From NCBI GenBank assembly GCA_963848295.1, contig CAWKDB010000010.1:4672001-4736000 (forward strand): DNA of 64,000 nt, given 5' to 3'. A program made the translations under genes and the position numbers. How positions within the stretch are numbered: the stretch's first letter is position 1; each line of letters starts with the position of its first letter. Below, piece after piece: positions 1 through 13,661 of this stretch. This DNA comes from an uncultured delta proteobacterium. GTDB lineage: Bacteria > Myxococcota_A > Polyangia > Haliangiales > Haliangiaceae. Under the pieces are notes generated by a model. The model saw only the letters and a list, made by a program, of their open reading frames with translations. It ran no database searches and was not told the DNA's origin.

Positions 1-10
1 CGAGTAGCCG

Positions 11-559
11 CTAGTCGCCTTGCACGACCGAGATAACCTCGGCGAGGTCGGCGTCTGGCAAGCGCGAGTTCATGCGCAAGCCCTCGATCAGATCGGCGAT
101 GCCTTCGTCGTTCTTGTACGAGTGAGCGCACGCGGGGTGCAAATAGCCGGCGCCGGCTTGGACGGTCGCACCTACCGTGATCTCGCGCTCGACCGCGACG
201 CGCAAGCTGCCCTTCTCGATCGGCTGCTCGCACTGCATGCACTTCGCACGGCCGGTCGGCGCGCGATCGGCGAACGGCGTGCCACTCGGCTTCGCGTGAC
301 CACCGGCGATCGCCTTCGCCATCGCGGCGTCGAGCTCGGCGCGATTGCCGACCGAACCGCCGTAGCCATCGAGCGCGGCCTTGAGCTCGGCCGGTAGCTT
401 CTCGGCCGCGCACATCACGTGGTGCCACTGTAGACTCGGGCCGTCGCCGAACGCGTTCGCCGCTTCGATGCCGAGCCGGAGCTCGCCCTTCGCGATCGGC
501 TTCTTGCAAGTGCGGCAGCTCGCGCGTCCTGACTTCGCTTCTTCGATCACGTTCGCCAT
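11..559 (-). CDS. Stand-alone tandem PARP-type zinc-finger protein (182 aa)
   Basis: Two zf-PARP-like repeats: EEAKSGRASCRTC..I.KGELR...WHHVMC and DRAPTGRAKCMQC..I.KGSLR...YLHPAC. ATG at 559 has TATGGT 7 nt upstream. Confidence 0.85.
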   Translation of the reverse strand: MANVIEEAKSGRASCRTCKKPIAKGELRLGIEAANAFGDGPSLQWHHVMCAAEKLPAELKAALDGYGGSVGNRAELDAAMAKAIAGGHAKPSGTPFADRAPTGRAKCMQCEQPIEKGSLRVAVEREITVGATVQAGAGYLHPACAHSYKNDEGIADLIEGLRMNSRLPDADLAEVISVVQGD

Positions 560-612
560 CGGGCCGACCATACCGCGGGGCGCGGGAGGCGGCGCAAGGC
601 ACCCGCCGAACG

Positions 613-1090
613 CTACCTCCGCGGACCGCGCCGATGGGAGGTGCGCTTGACCCGCCCTTGCTTCGACGCGGACGGCGGTGGAAGCGCTTCGAGATTCGTA
701 GCGTCCACGAGGTCCTTGTCGCGACCGGCAGCGCGTTTGTTCTTGATCAGCGCGCTGCGACCGATCACGAAGAGAGGTGTCGCTTGGAACTCGGCGGCAA
801 CTCGACTCGCCCACGCCTCACGGAACGAGACGCCGTCGATCCCGGTGAGGATGTCGATGCGTCGCGTTTCGCGAGCGTGGCGGGCGAAGGAGCCGATGCA
901 CCGAATCCGAAGTCGATCAGCGCATCACGGAGTCGTCGCGCGTTTGGCAACGACGGTTCGACGAAGACGTCGAGGTCTTCGGTGAGCCGGGGTTCGCCGT
1001 GCGCCGCGCCCCGATCATCACGAACTTCACTCGTCGGGCGATCAGCGCACACAAGAACTCGCTCCAGTCGCGATTGAGGTCGATCTTCAC
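613..1090 (-). pseudogene. Minimal nucleotidyltransferase family protein (DUF6036-like), broken by two frameshifts/deletions
   Basis: Joining frames gives [27 protein letters not shown] / AAHGEPRLTEDLDVFVEPSLPNARRL...LAKRD / RIDILTGIDGVSFREAW...LIKNKRAAGRDKDLVD. Breaks near 1010 and 870; may be assembly error. Confidence 0.7.
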
Positions 1091-1220
1091 CGAACCAGGC
1101 CCTCCGGAGCCGCTCTACGCCCGAGATTCGCTCTTCCATCGAGAGTGCGGCGATGTCATCGCGGTCGAAATTCGCCGCCTCGGCAAATGTGTTTGCTATG
1201 CGAATGACCCGCGCGACCAC
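1010..1220 (-). CDS. Small protein overlapping the NTase 5' end (putative antitoxin-like partner); 3' end uncertain
   Basis: [56 protein letters not shown] resembles the small ORFs that precede this NTase family. Confidence 0.55.
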
Positions 1221-1346
1221 GAGCGAAGTATCGCGCAGTTCGATCGATCGGCCAAGCGGCCGCGGTCGAGCCTGCCATAAGGACGCGTGTAACGTGGATC
1301 GGACAACGCCACCAGCGCTGCGCGTTTCGCGTTAAGTTCCCGCTCG

Positions 1347-4911
<3,565 letters not shown>

Positions 4912-4916
4912 GTGCC

Positions 4917-7466
4917 ATGCCGACCGTTTGCGCTTCGCGCTGCGGTCTCGTGGTCGCCGCTCTCGTCTCGTGCTCGGCGCCGACCGTGCCGCCGCATCCG
5001 TCGCCCGCGGCTCCCGCGACCGTCGCGCGCGGCGCATCGGGGCTCGGTCGCCGGTCGCTTGCCCGATGGCGTCGTGCCGCTCGCGTACGACCTGCGGCTC
5101 GACGTCGATCCGGATCAGCCGACGTTCCGCGGCCACGTCGCGATTCGCATCCGCCTCGCGGCGCCGAGCGATCGGATCTGGCTCCACGCTGTCGACCTCG
5201 ACATCGAGCACGCCGCTGCGACCGGCGTCGGCGAGCTGCACGACGTGCCTCGGCCACAGGCGAAGTGCGCGCGCTCGTCGCCGATCGGCCGCTGCCGGCA
5301 GGCGAGGTCACGATGGAGCTCGACTACGTCGGCCGGGTCGGCGACGAGTGGAAGGGCCTGTTCCGCCAGAGCTTCGCGGATCGCTGGTTCTTGATCTCAC
5401 AGGCCGAATCGATCTTCGCGCGCCGGATCGTGCCGTGCTTCGACGAGCCGCGGTGGAAGACGCCGTGGACCGTAACGATCGTGCGCGCCGGCGGGGTTGG
5501 TCGCGTTGTCGAACGCGCCGCAGACGACCGACACCGAGCTCGCCGACGGCCGTCACGAGGTTCACTTCATGCCGACGCGGCCGCTGCCGCCGTACCTCGT
5601 CGCGATCGCGGTCGGGCCATTCGAGCTCGTCGATGGTGGCACGATCGGACGCGCGCACCTCCCGTTGCGATTCGCGGTGCTGCCCGGCGATCGCGACTCG
5701 CGTGCTCGCGACGGTCGGCCATATGGCGGAGCTGGTCTCCGCGCTCGAAGACTATCTCGACGATCCGCTGCCGAACGCGAAGCTCGACCTCGTCGACGTG
5801 CCGCACTTGTTCGGCGCGATGGAGCACCCCGGTCTGATCACGTTCGAGCGCACGATCCTCGCGAGCAACGGATCGCCCGAAGACATCGACGAGTTCGACC
5901 GGACCGTCGGCCACGAGCTCGCGCACCAATGGTTCGGCAACTCGGTCACGCCGGCGTGGTGGGACGACTTGTGGCTCGCCGAAGCGTTCGCGTCGTTTCT
6001 CGGCGATCGCGTCGCCGCGACGTATGGCACCGACCGGCCGTTTCAACGCGCCCAGCTGCGCGAGCACGCGCTCGCGGTCGACTCCGGTCCGGATGCGCGG
6101 CCGCTGCGCCGCGGCGTCACCGACGATCCGGAAGGCGCGTTCGACGCGATCTCCTACGACAAGGGCGAGATCGTGCTCGCGACGTTCGAGCACTGGCTCG
6201 GCGCCGACCGGTTTCGGTCCGCGCTGCGCAGCTACGTCCGCGCCCATCGCGAAGGCACCGCGACGGTCGATGATGTCGTCGCGGCCGTCACCGCCGTGTC
6301 GAGCCCGGCGCTCGGCGCGGCGTTGAAGTTCTATGTCGAGCATGTCGGGCCACCGGTCGTCGCACTGACGCTGCGCTGCGACACGACGCCCCCGGTGATC
6401 GAGGCCGAGGCCGCGAGCGGTGGCGCGATCCCGTTGTGCGTACGGACGCCGGCGGGTCGGGTCATGCGCGCTCGTCGCCAAGCGCACCGAGATTCCGCTC
6501 GCCACGTGCCCGGCGTGGGTCGTCGGCGACGACGGCGCTGGGTATTACCTCGTCGGCTGGCACGGCGGCGAAGCCGCGATACCACCGCTCGTGCAACTCG
6601 CGCCCGGCGAGCGCGTCGCGTTCGGCGATGACGTCGCGGCTGCGGTCACGCGCGGCGATACCACGCTCGCGGTCGCGCTCGGCCGGCTCGATCAGCTCGC
6701 ACGACCGCACGATCGGTTCGCGCAGCTCGGCGCGCTCGCGATCGCGCGCGCGATCGACCGGTACGTCGCAGAGGCGGCGCGACCGGCATGGACGCAATGG
6801 CTCTACGATCATGTCGTCGCTCGCGATCTCGAGCTCGTGCGGCTGCCGCAGCGCCCTGAGGACTTCGCCGTGCGCGCGGCGATCGCCGATCTCGTCACCG
6901 CCGATCAGCTCCCGCCGGCAGTCACGCGCGCGATGCGCGACGCGGTCGACCACGGCGAGCTCGAGCCGGCGACCGTCGCGTTTGCAGCAGCGACCGGAGG
7001 TGCTGCGATCTTCAGCCAGATCGTCGGTGTCGCGACCGCGACGCCGGACGTCGACGACCGCGCCCAGCTGTTCGGCCTGCTCGGAGAGCTCGGGCCGGAG
7101 CAGATCTCACCCACGATCGACCTGTTGATCGCCGGCACGGTGCCGAGCAAAGCGGTGTGGTCTGCGATCGCGCGGTTTCTCGAGCGCGGCGCGACCCGCC
7201 AAGCGGCCTGGCAAGCGATCGCGAAGCGCTTGCCCGAGATCATCGATCGGCTGACCGGCGCGCAGCTCGCGACCGCCGTGAGCGCGACCGCCGAGCTGTG
7301 CGATCGCGGTGCGCTCGCCGAGGTTCGCGCGGGATTCGAGCCGCACGTCGCGGAGATTCCCGATGGCCGACGCGTGCTCGACCGAACGTTCGCCGAGATC
7401 GAGCGATGTGCCGCGCGCCGCGCCGCGCTCGGCGACGTCGCCGCCGCGCTCAAGCTGGTAAAGTGA
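4917..7466 (+). CDS. M1 family zinc aminopeptidase, lipoprotein-type signal; several frameshifts in the 5' half
   Basis: RLPDGVVPLAYDLRL, ARRIVPCFDEP, GAMEH, HELAHQWFGN..WWDDLWLAE, ISYDKG, then an ERAP1-like helical C-terminus; LVSC lipobox. Confidence 0.88.
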
Positions 7467-7470
7467 CGCC

Positions 7471-9132
7471 GTGAATCGCGCGCTCGTCGCCGTCGCGCTC
7501 GTCTCGTGCGGCGGCAAGTCCACCGCGATCGAGACGATCGCCGCGAAGCGCGCACCGATCGTGATCACGGTCGGCGCGCCTGGGTTCGACGCCGCCGAGG
7601 TCGAGTCGGGAGTCGCGTCCGTCATCGAGTCGGCGGTCGCCGACGTCCCTGGCATCGAGCACATCCGCAGCGAGAGCCGCGACGGCCGAGCGCGGATCGC
7701 GATCGAGCTCGCCGCGAGCGCCGATCCGGCCGCCGCGAGCGCAGCGGTGGAGGACCGGATCGCGGGTGTGCAGCGCACGTTGCCGCCGGCGATCGACGCC
7801 CCGGTGATGTGCATCGGCTGGCGCGCCGATGCGGCGGTCGTGCGCTACACGCTCGCCGGTCCGTTCGCGATGGCGGCATTGCGCGAGGCCGCCGCGGCGA
7901 CGATCGCCGAACCGGTCGCGGCGGTGAGCGGCGTCGCCGGACTCGACATCTGTGGCGGCTCGGACCCCGCGCTCATGATCTACGCAGACCCCGCGAAGCT
8001 CGCCAACTCCGGTGTGACCGTGACCGAGCTCGCGACCGCGCTGAGGGCGTCGCACGCGATGTCGATCCTCGATCTGTCCGGGCTCAGAGACATCGTGGTC
8101 GCGAAGCGCGGCGGCGCGGTCGTCCGCCTATCAGATGTCGCGCTGGTTTCGGATCAAGGCCCTCCGCCGCGGTGCCATACGCTCGACGAGCACAGCGATG
8201 CCGCGATCGAAGGCGTCGTCTACGCACAGGGCGGCATCGATCCGCGGACCGTTCGCGCGGCTGCCCTTGCCGCGATCGAGAAGGTCGGCGCCACGCTGCC
8301 ATCGGGGATGGTGCTCGAAGTGATGCCCGAGGACAAACCGGCCGCGCTCCTCGGGCTGACCGCGCCCGACGTTGCGCCCGCCGCGCGCCTCGACCAGCTG
8401 CGCAGGGTCCGCGATGCGTTGCTCGCGGCGGGCGCTCAGCACGTCGTGCTTGCCGAAGGCGTGCGCGATCCGCGGACCGGCCTCGCCGAGAACGCGGTCG
8501 AGATCCGCGTTTGGCCGGCGAGCGTCGAGCAAGCCGCGCTCGCGCGACTCGCGGACGTGCCGGGGCTCGTCGTCGCTCGCGCCGATGCGAAGATCATCGC
8601 GATCCGCGGACCCGAGCTCACCAAGCTCCATGACATGGCCGGCGCGCTCGCCGGGCGGCTCGAGGCCGCGGGTGTCGCGACGCTCGGTCGAGTCGGCGAT
8701 GGCGGGGTGGCTCGCCTCGAGCTCCACATCGATCGCGCGGCCGCCGCCGATCTCGGCGTACCCGTGCAAGCGATCAGCGACACGTTCGGGGCCGCGATCG
8801 ATGGCATCGACCTCGGCCAGATTCTGATCGCCGGCAACCGCCGGCCGATCATGCTCATCGTGGGTGCGCCCACCGACGATGGAGGAGATCCGGTCCAACG
8901 ATTGCGCAGTCTCATGGTACGCGGCATGGACGTACCCGACGCGATGCGAGGCGCTGCGGTGCCGCTGAACCAGCTCGCGGGCGTGTCGCGCGCATTGGCG
9001 CCCGCGACGATCTATCACGTCGATCGTCAGCGCTGGGTCGGCGTGCGCATGGCCGGTGACGGCGGCGACGCGGCCCGCAAGGTGATCGCGGCGTTCGCAG
9101 CGCCGCCGGGCTATCGCGTCGAGATCGAGTGA
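7471..9132 (+). CDS. Lipoprotein resembling the RND (AcrB/CusA family) periplasmic porter and docking domains, with no transmembrane helices
   Basis: LVSC lipobox; PGFDAAEVESGVASVIESAVADVPGIEHIRSES, DPAKLANSGVTVTEL, VVRLSDVALV, IDRAAAADLGV, VPLNQLAGV, PPGY. No TM segment after the signal peptide. Confidence 0.75.
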   Translation: MNRALVAVALVSCGGKSTAIETIAAKRAPIVITVGAPGFDAAEVESGVASVIESAVADVPGIEHIRSESRDGRARIAIELAASADPAAASAAVEDRIAGVQRTLPPAIDAPVMCIGWRADAAVVRYTLAGPFAMAALREAAAATIAEPVAAVSGVAGLDICGGSDPALMIYADPAKLANSGVTVTELATALRASHAMSILDLSGLRDIVVAKRGGAVVRLSDVALVSDQGPPPRCHTLDEHSDAAIEGVVYAQGGIDPRTVRAAALAAIEKVGATLPSGMVLEVMPEDKPAALLGLTAPDVAPAARLDQLRRVRDALLAAGAQHVVLAEGVRDPRTGLAENAVEIRVWPASVEQAALARLADVPGLVVARADAKIIAIRGPELTKLHDMAGALAGRLEAAGVATLGRVGDGGVARLELHIDRAAAADLGVPVQAISDTFGAAIDGIDLGQILIAGNRRPIMLIVGAPTDDGGDPVQRLRSLMVRGMDVPDAMRGAAVPLNQLAGVSRALAPATIYHVDRQRWVGVRMAGDGGDAARKVIAAFAAPPGYRVEIE

Positions 9133-9133
9133 G

Positions 9134-9598
9134 TCACTTCGCGAGCGCGGCCGGGTCGGTCACGCCGACATCGGGAAAGCCGGCCTTGACCGCGGTGTCC
9201 ATTGCCGCGATCAGCGATTGATACGCGATCGGATGCGCGTCGCTGCTCACCGCCGCGATCATCACCGGCACCGGATCGCCAGACTTGAGATCTTTGAGCG
9301 TCGTCTCGAGCTGGGCCCAGCCGTAGTCCTCGCCGCGAGGGATCCGCGTGATCGTGCGCTCGGGGTAGGACGTCACCTGGACATCGTCGGCTTCGATCAA
9401 CACGCCGACCCACGGCGGCTCGGTCTTGATCGCCGCTTCGCCACCCTTCTGTGGCTCGTTGCGCAGGTGCGCGACGTTGACCCATGCCGCGGTGACGAGC
9501 AAGAACGCGGTCAAGCAGCTCATCACGTCGATGAACGGCACGATGTTGAGATCGATGTTGACGGAGCCCTTCGAGCCCGAGCCTAGAGATGACGCCAT
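9134..9598 (-). CDS. ExbD/TolR family protein, AglQ-like paralogue
   Basis: DLNIVPFIDVMSCLTAFLLVTAAW TM helix with the conserved Asp; closely similar to 13149-13652. Confidence 0.88.
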   Translation of the reverse strand: MASSLGSGSKGSVNIDLNIVPFIDVMSCLTAFLLVTAAWVNVAHLRNEPQKGGEAAIKTEPPWVGVLIEADDVQVTSYPERTITRIPRGEDYGWAQLETTLKDLKSGDPVPVMIAAVSSDAHPIAYQSLIAAMDTAVKAGFPDVGVTDPAALAK

Positions 9599-9636
9599 GC
9601 GCGGGAAGACACGCACGACCTTCGTCGGTTGCGCCG

Positions 9637-10314
9637 CTACCCGAACCGCGCCGCGTGCCAAGCCGGGAGCTCGCGCAGCGAAGCGAGCACGCCATCGGCG
9701 TGACCGAGCCGGTCGGCGGGATCGCTGCCGGTCGCGACCGCGCACACCACCGCACCGCAGGCGCGAGCGGCAGCGATGTCGTGCGTCGTATCGCCGACCA
9801 CGACGACCTCGTTCGCCCGCACGCCCGCGCGTTCGATCGCTCGGGCGACCAGCTCTCCGCGCACCCGCGAATCGCAGCCATAACCGCCTACCTCGAACCG
9901 ATCATCGAGCCCGGCCGCCGCGAGCTTGGCCTCGGCGCCGGCGCGCACGTTGCCGGTCGCGATCCCGAGTCGGGTCCGCGGCTCGAGATAATCGAGTGCT
10001 TCGACCGCGCCGTCGAGCACGCGCACCCCACCGGCGGCGAGCCGTGCGCGCAGGTGCGGTAGATACGCGTCGAGGAACGCGGCGCGTTCGGGCTCGGACG
10101 CCGGCCGGCCGAGCCGCGCCACGAACATCTCGTCGATCAACGCGGGATCGGTCTTGCCCCCGTAGCGCATGCCGCGACTCGCGTCGGCGACGCCGTGTTG
10201 CGCGTGCATCACCGCATCGAACGCCGCGCGCCCGCTGCCGCGAGCATCGAGCAGCGTGCCGTCGATGTCGAACAGGTAGAGCGCGCCGCGAGGCCGATCG
10301 GGGCTACTTCGCAC
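9637..10314 (-). CDS. HAD-superfamily hydrolase
   Basis: LFDIDGTLLD motif I, ATGN motif II, VGDTTHD motif IV. Confidence 0.9.
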   Translation of the reverse strand: MRSSPDRPRGALYLFDIDGTLLDARGSGRAAFDAVMHAQHGVADASRGMRYGGKTDPALIDEMFVARLGRPASEPERAAFLDAYLPHLRARLAAGGVRVLDGAVEALDYLEPRTRLGIATGNVRAGAEAKLAAAGLDDRFEVGGYGCDSRVRGELVARAIERAGVRANEVVVVGDTTHDIAAARACGAVVCAVATGSDPADRLGHADGVLASLRELPAWHAARFG

Positions 10315-11548
10315 TGCACTTGGGATCGCGCGAGCAGCGCGCCGCCGCGTCGATCAACCCGTCGAACGTGTCGCGCATCGCCCACGCCTTGTCCTTGAAC
10401 GAAGTGATCGAGCTCGCGCGCAGGAGGCCGTTGCCGAACGCATCGCGCACGCCTTTGCACGCGCCGGCTTGCTCGAGCTTCAAGGCGGTACCTTCGTAGA
10501 CGCGGAAGCACTTCTCGAACCCCTTGGGATCTTTGCCGGTGATCTGATCGTTGTAGACCGGAGCGCCGAGCTCGATCGCGTCGTTGATCTGATGGATCGT
10601 CTCGACGATATCCTGCGCGCGGCAGCCATCCCATACGGCGAGCTCGTGGTGCGGCACCTCGCGCTGCGGCGCCGTCGTGTCATCGCTGCCGCCTTCTTCA
10701 TCCTCGGTCCGGGGCTTCGTCGCCTTCGCGAACTCCTCGACGCTGACCGGCGCCGGGAGGTGCGCGACGAGCCCGCGGAGATACTTCGACGGCACGGCGA
10801 TGTTGATGTTCTGACCTCGCGGTTGGATACCCATCGTCACGCCGACGACCTCGCCGGCCTGGTTGAACAGCGCGCCGCCACTCGAGCCCTGCGAGATCGG
10901 GACGGAGATCTGGAGCACGTGGAACTCGGCGCCGCAGCCGAGCACGCGGCCGATCTCGGACTCCTCTTCGCTCAGCGTGCCCTGCTGTTGCTTGCGCTCG
11001 AGGTCGCGGATCAGCTCGTCGGGAGAATGGTCCGGCCCCATCTTCGCGAGCAGCTGCGTGCGCATCTCGACATCGTGATCGCTGCACCACGGACGGATGC
11101 CGCTGATCAGGCCGTCGGACACCGAGTTCTCGTATTCACCGCCGAGCGGGTTGCCGATCGCATAGACCCGCTCTCCCGGGCTCAGCCGATCCGAGTCGCC
11201 GATCGTGAGCGCGGCCGGCAACGGCTTCTTGTTCGAGATCCGGAGCAGCGCGAGATCCCGTCCCGGATCGATGTTCGCGATCTGCGTCACCGGATAGACG
11301 ACGCCGTCTTGAAACCGGACTTGGATCTCGGACGTCCCGGCGATCACGTGCAGGTTCGTCGCGATCAACCCGGCCTTGTCGACGACAAAGCCACTGCCGA
11401 TCCGCTGGTCCCCCGCCTCGATCAGGACGACGGCAGGGCTCGAGTGCCGAAACACGTCCTGTGCCGACAGCTTCGCAGCGGGGCGATTCGCGCTGGGCCC
11501 GCCGCAGTTGAACGCGAGAGCTGCAGCGACAACAGCGTAACGCGTCAT
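10304..11548 (-). CDS. Secreted trypsin-like (S1C) serine protease with extra C-terminal helical domain
   Basis: GSGF, ATNLHV (His), DLALL (Asp), ISQGSSGG (Ser); N-terminal signal ending AFNC. Confidence 0.88.
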   Translation of the reverse strand: MTRYAVVAAALAFNCGGPSANRPAAKLSAQDVFRHSSPAVVLIEAGDQRIGSGFVVDKAGLIATNLHVIAGTSEIQVRFQDGVVYPVTQIANIDPGRDLALLRISNKKPLPAALTIGDSDRLSPGERVYAIGNPLGGEYENSVSDGLISGIRPWCSDHDVEMRTQLLAKMGPDHSPDELIRDLERKQQQGTLSEEESEIGRVLGCGAEFHVLQISVPISQGSSGGALFNQAGEVVGVTMGIQPRGQNINIAVPSKYLRGLVAHLPAPVSVEEFAKATKPRTEDEEGGSDDTTAPQREVPHHELAVWDGCRAQDIVETIHQINDAIELGAPVYNDQITGKDPKGFEKCFRVYEGTALKLEQAGACKGVRDAFGNGLLRASSITSFKDKAWAMRDTFDGLIDAAARCSRDPKCSAK

Positions 11549-11602
11549 CGCTAGATCATACCTCGGACACCGCTCGACGACCACGGCACCGTTTGGGGCG
11601 AA

Positions 11603-12220
11603 TTAGGGCGCGGCCGAGCCCGACGAGCCGCTGCCGCTCGGCGGTGGCACATCGTGGCCACCGAGGCGAATCTCGCGCAGGCCACGCTCGCCGGCCTTGC
11701 GAAAACCGATCGGATCGCGGTGCGGATCGATGCCGGACTTCACGCCGGCGTCGAGGTGCTCTTGATAGAGCTGCATGCGGACCTCTTCCCAGCTCGGGCA
11801 CACCGCTTGGTCGTCGGTGCGTTGCGCGTCATGGCACACGTTGAGCGCGCGGTTCGCGTAGTCGAGTGCGGGGATGACGTCGAGGTGATCGACGTACGCG
11901 ACACTGGTCGCCAGCAACGCGCGCCATTGCGTGGGCGAGTGCTTCGTTCGGGCGCTGCCGCGCACCGCGACATCGATCGCCCAGTCTTTGAACCCAGCGG
12001 CATCGAGCTTGCGGGTGTAGTCCTCGAGCGCTCGGCCATCATCGGGCTTCGCGATCGTGCGCGCCTCGGCGAGCGCGAGCTCGAACTGTGCGGCGGGCGT
12101 GTTCTTCTTGCCCCACAGGACCGAGAAACCGAACATCTCGCGCGCCGGGAGCACGACCGTCACCAACACGATGGTGATGATTCCGAGATCGACGATCCCG
12201 ATGAAGCGCGGCAGCCGCAT
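11603..12220 (-). CDS. Hypothetical membrane-anchored helical protein
   Basis: 205-aa ORF with N-terminal hydrophobic segment and gene-like codon usage. Confidence 0.65.
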   Translation of the reverse strand: MRLPRFIGIVDLGIITIVLVTVVLPAREMFGFSVLWGKKNTPAAQFELALAEARTIAKPDDGRALEDYTRKLDAAGFKDWAIDVAVRGSARTKHSPTQWRALLATSVAYVDHLDVIPALDYANRALNVCHDAQRTDDQAVCPSWEEVRMQLYQEHLDAGVKSGIDPHRDPIGFRKAGERGLREIRLGGHDVPPPSGSGSSGSAAP

Positions 12221-12465
12221 ACAACTACGACAGTAGCGAAGCCGGCTTGGTTCCTGCGAACTGCCGTGGATCTAACGGCACACATTCGGCGCTGCCGCGG
12301 GCCACGGGTAAACCAGCGCCGTCGCCTTTCGCCCCGATCCGGCGCGAGATGCTACGGCGGTGATCTCGGTGACGCGATCTGACTTTTCAGTCATCTTCAG
12401 GAGTTGCTGCGTGGATCTGGCTTTGCACAACGTGCGCGAACCAAAGACCTCCTGGAGGACCGTTC

Positions 12466-13107
12466 ATGTTGACTGCTATTTCGACCGCGTTCCACAAAGG
12501 CGGATGGGGCATGTGGCCCATCCTTTTCACCTCGGTCGTGACCATCGCGATCATCGTGGAACGCGCGGTGTATCTGTTCCGCGCTTCGGTCGACAAAGAC
12601 AAGCTGCTCGCGTTGCTCAAGAGCCAAGTCATGTCGGGCAACGTCCAGGGCGCCATCAAGGTGTGCTCGGGTAACCCGACGCCGATGACCCGGATCGTCC
12701 AGGCCGGTCTCATGAAGTTCAATAAGAGTGACGATGAAGTCCAGGCTGCGATGGACGAAGCCGCGCTCCGCGAGCTACCGAAGATCAACGCGCGCACGCC
12801 GTACCTGGCGATGACCGCGAACTTCGCCGTGATGGCAGGCCTCCTGGGAACCATCTCGGGCATGATCAAGTCGTTCGGCTCGGTCGGTAATCAAGAGGGT
12901 GGCAACCAGGCGACCGAGCTCGCGAACGGCATCTCGGAAGCGCTGAACTGCACCGCGTTCGGTATCGGTACGTCGCTCGTCGGCCTGCTCGGGTTCTCGC
13001 TGCTCCAGGGCAAGACCACGCACGTCGTCGACGACATCAACGAAGTGACGGTCCAGGTCGTCAACCTCGTGACGACGCACCGCGCACAGATGCAGCCTCA
13101 GTCGTAA
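12466..13107 (+). CDS. aglR: MotA/TolQ/ExbB proton channel, AglR-like gliding motor subunit
   Basis: GGWGMWPI..IIVER, AAMDEAALRELPKI, GLLGTISGMI, LANGISEALNCTAFG; RBS GGAGG; followed by two ExbD genes. Confidence 0.8.
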   Translation: MLTAISTAFHKGGWGMWPILFTSVVTIAIIVERAVYLFRASVDKDKLLALLKSQVMSGNVQGAIKVCSGNPTPMTRIVQAGLMKFNKSDDEVQAAMDEAALRELPKINARTPYLAMTANFAVMAGLLGTISGMIKSFGSVGNQEGGNQATELANGISEALNCTAFGIGTSLVGLLGFSLLQGKTTHVVDDINEVTVQVVNLVTTHRAQMQPQS

Positions 13108-13148
13108 GGACTCCTCGAACCTAGAAACTCTAGCGAGGAGGACCACTC

Positions 13149-13652
13149 ATGGGCGCATCATTAGGAACAGGCGATAAGAAGAGCGTCAACGTCGAGCTCA
13201 ACATCGTCCCGTTCATCGATCTGATGAGCTGCTTGACCGCCTTCCTGCTGGTCACGGCGGTCTGGGTCAACATCGCCCAGATCAACATCCAGCCGAAGGG
13301 CAAGTCGCGCGACATGACCACGGTCGTCACCGAAGACGACAAGGTCATCCTGTCGATACTCGTGCAGGCCGATCGCATCACGATCGGTCTGTCTCGCCTC
13401 GACCAGTTCTTTCCGATCACGAAGATCGGCGAGGACCAGGACTGGGTGAAGTTCGAGTCGACGCTCAAGGAACAGAAAGCTTCGTCGTACTTCACGGAGC
13501 GCACGGACCTCGAGATCGCGGCTGAATCGACGACCGCGCAGCCGGTCAAGTACCAAGACATCATCCACGCCATGGACATCGCCATCAAGGTGGGGTTCCT
13601 CGACGTCGGACTCACCGACCCCGCCGGACTTACGGCGAAGCCGAGCATGTAG
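13149..13652 (+). CDS. aglQ: ExbD/TolR family protein, AglQ-like
   Basis: ELNIVPFIDLMSCLTAFLLVTAVW; second gene of a TolQ-TolR-TolR triad; RBS GAGGAGG. Confidence 0.75.
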   Translation: MGASLGTGDKKSVNVELNIVPFIDLMSCLTAFLLVTAVWVNIAQINIQPKGKSRDMTTVVTEDDKVILSILVQADRITIGLSRLDQFFPITKIGEDQDWVKFESTLKEQKASSYFTERTDLEIAAESTTAQPVKYQDIIHAMDIAIKVGFLDVGLTDPAGLTAKPSM

Positions 13653-13661
13653 GAGGCGAAG

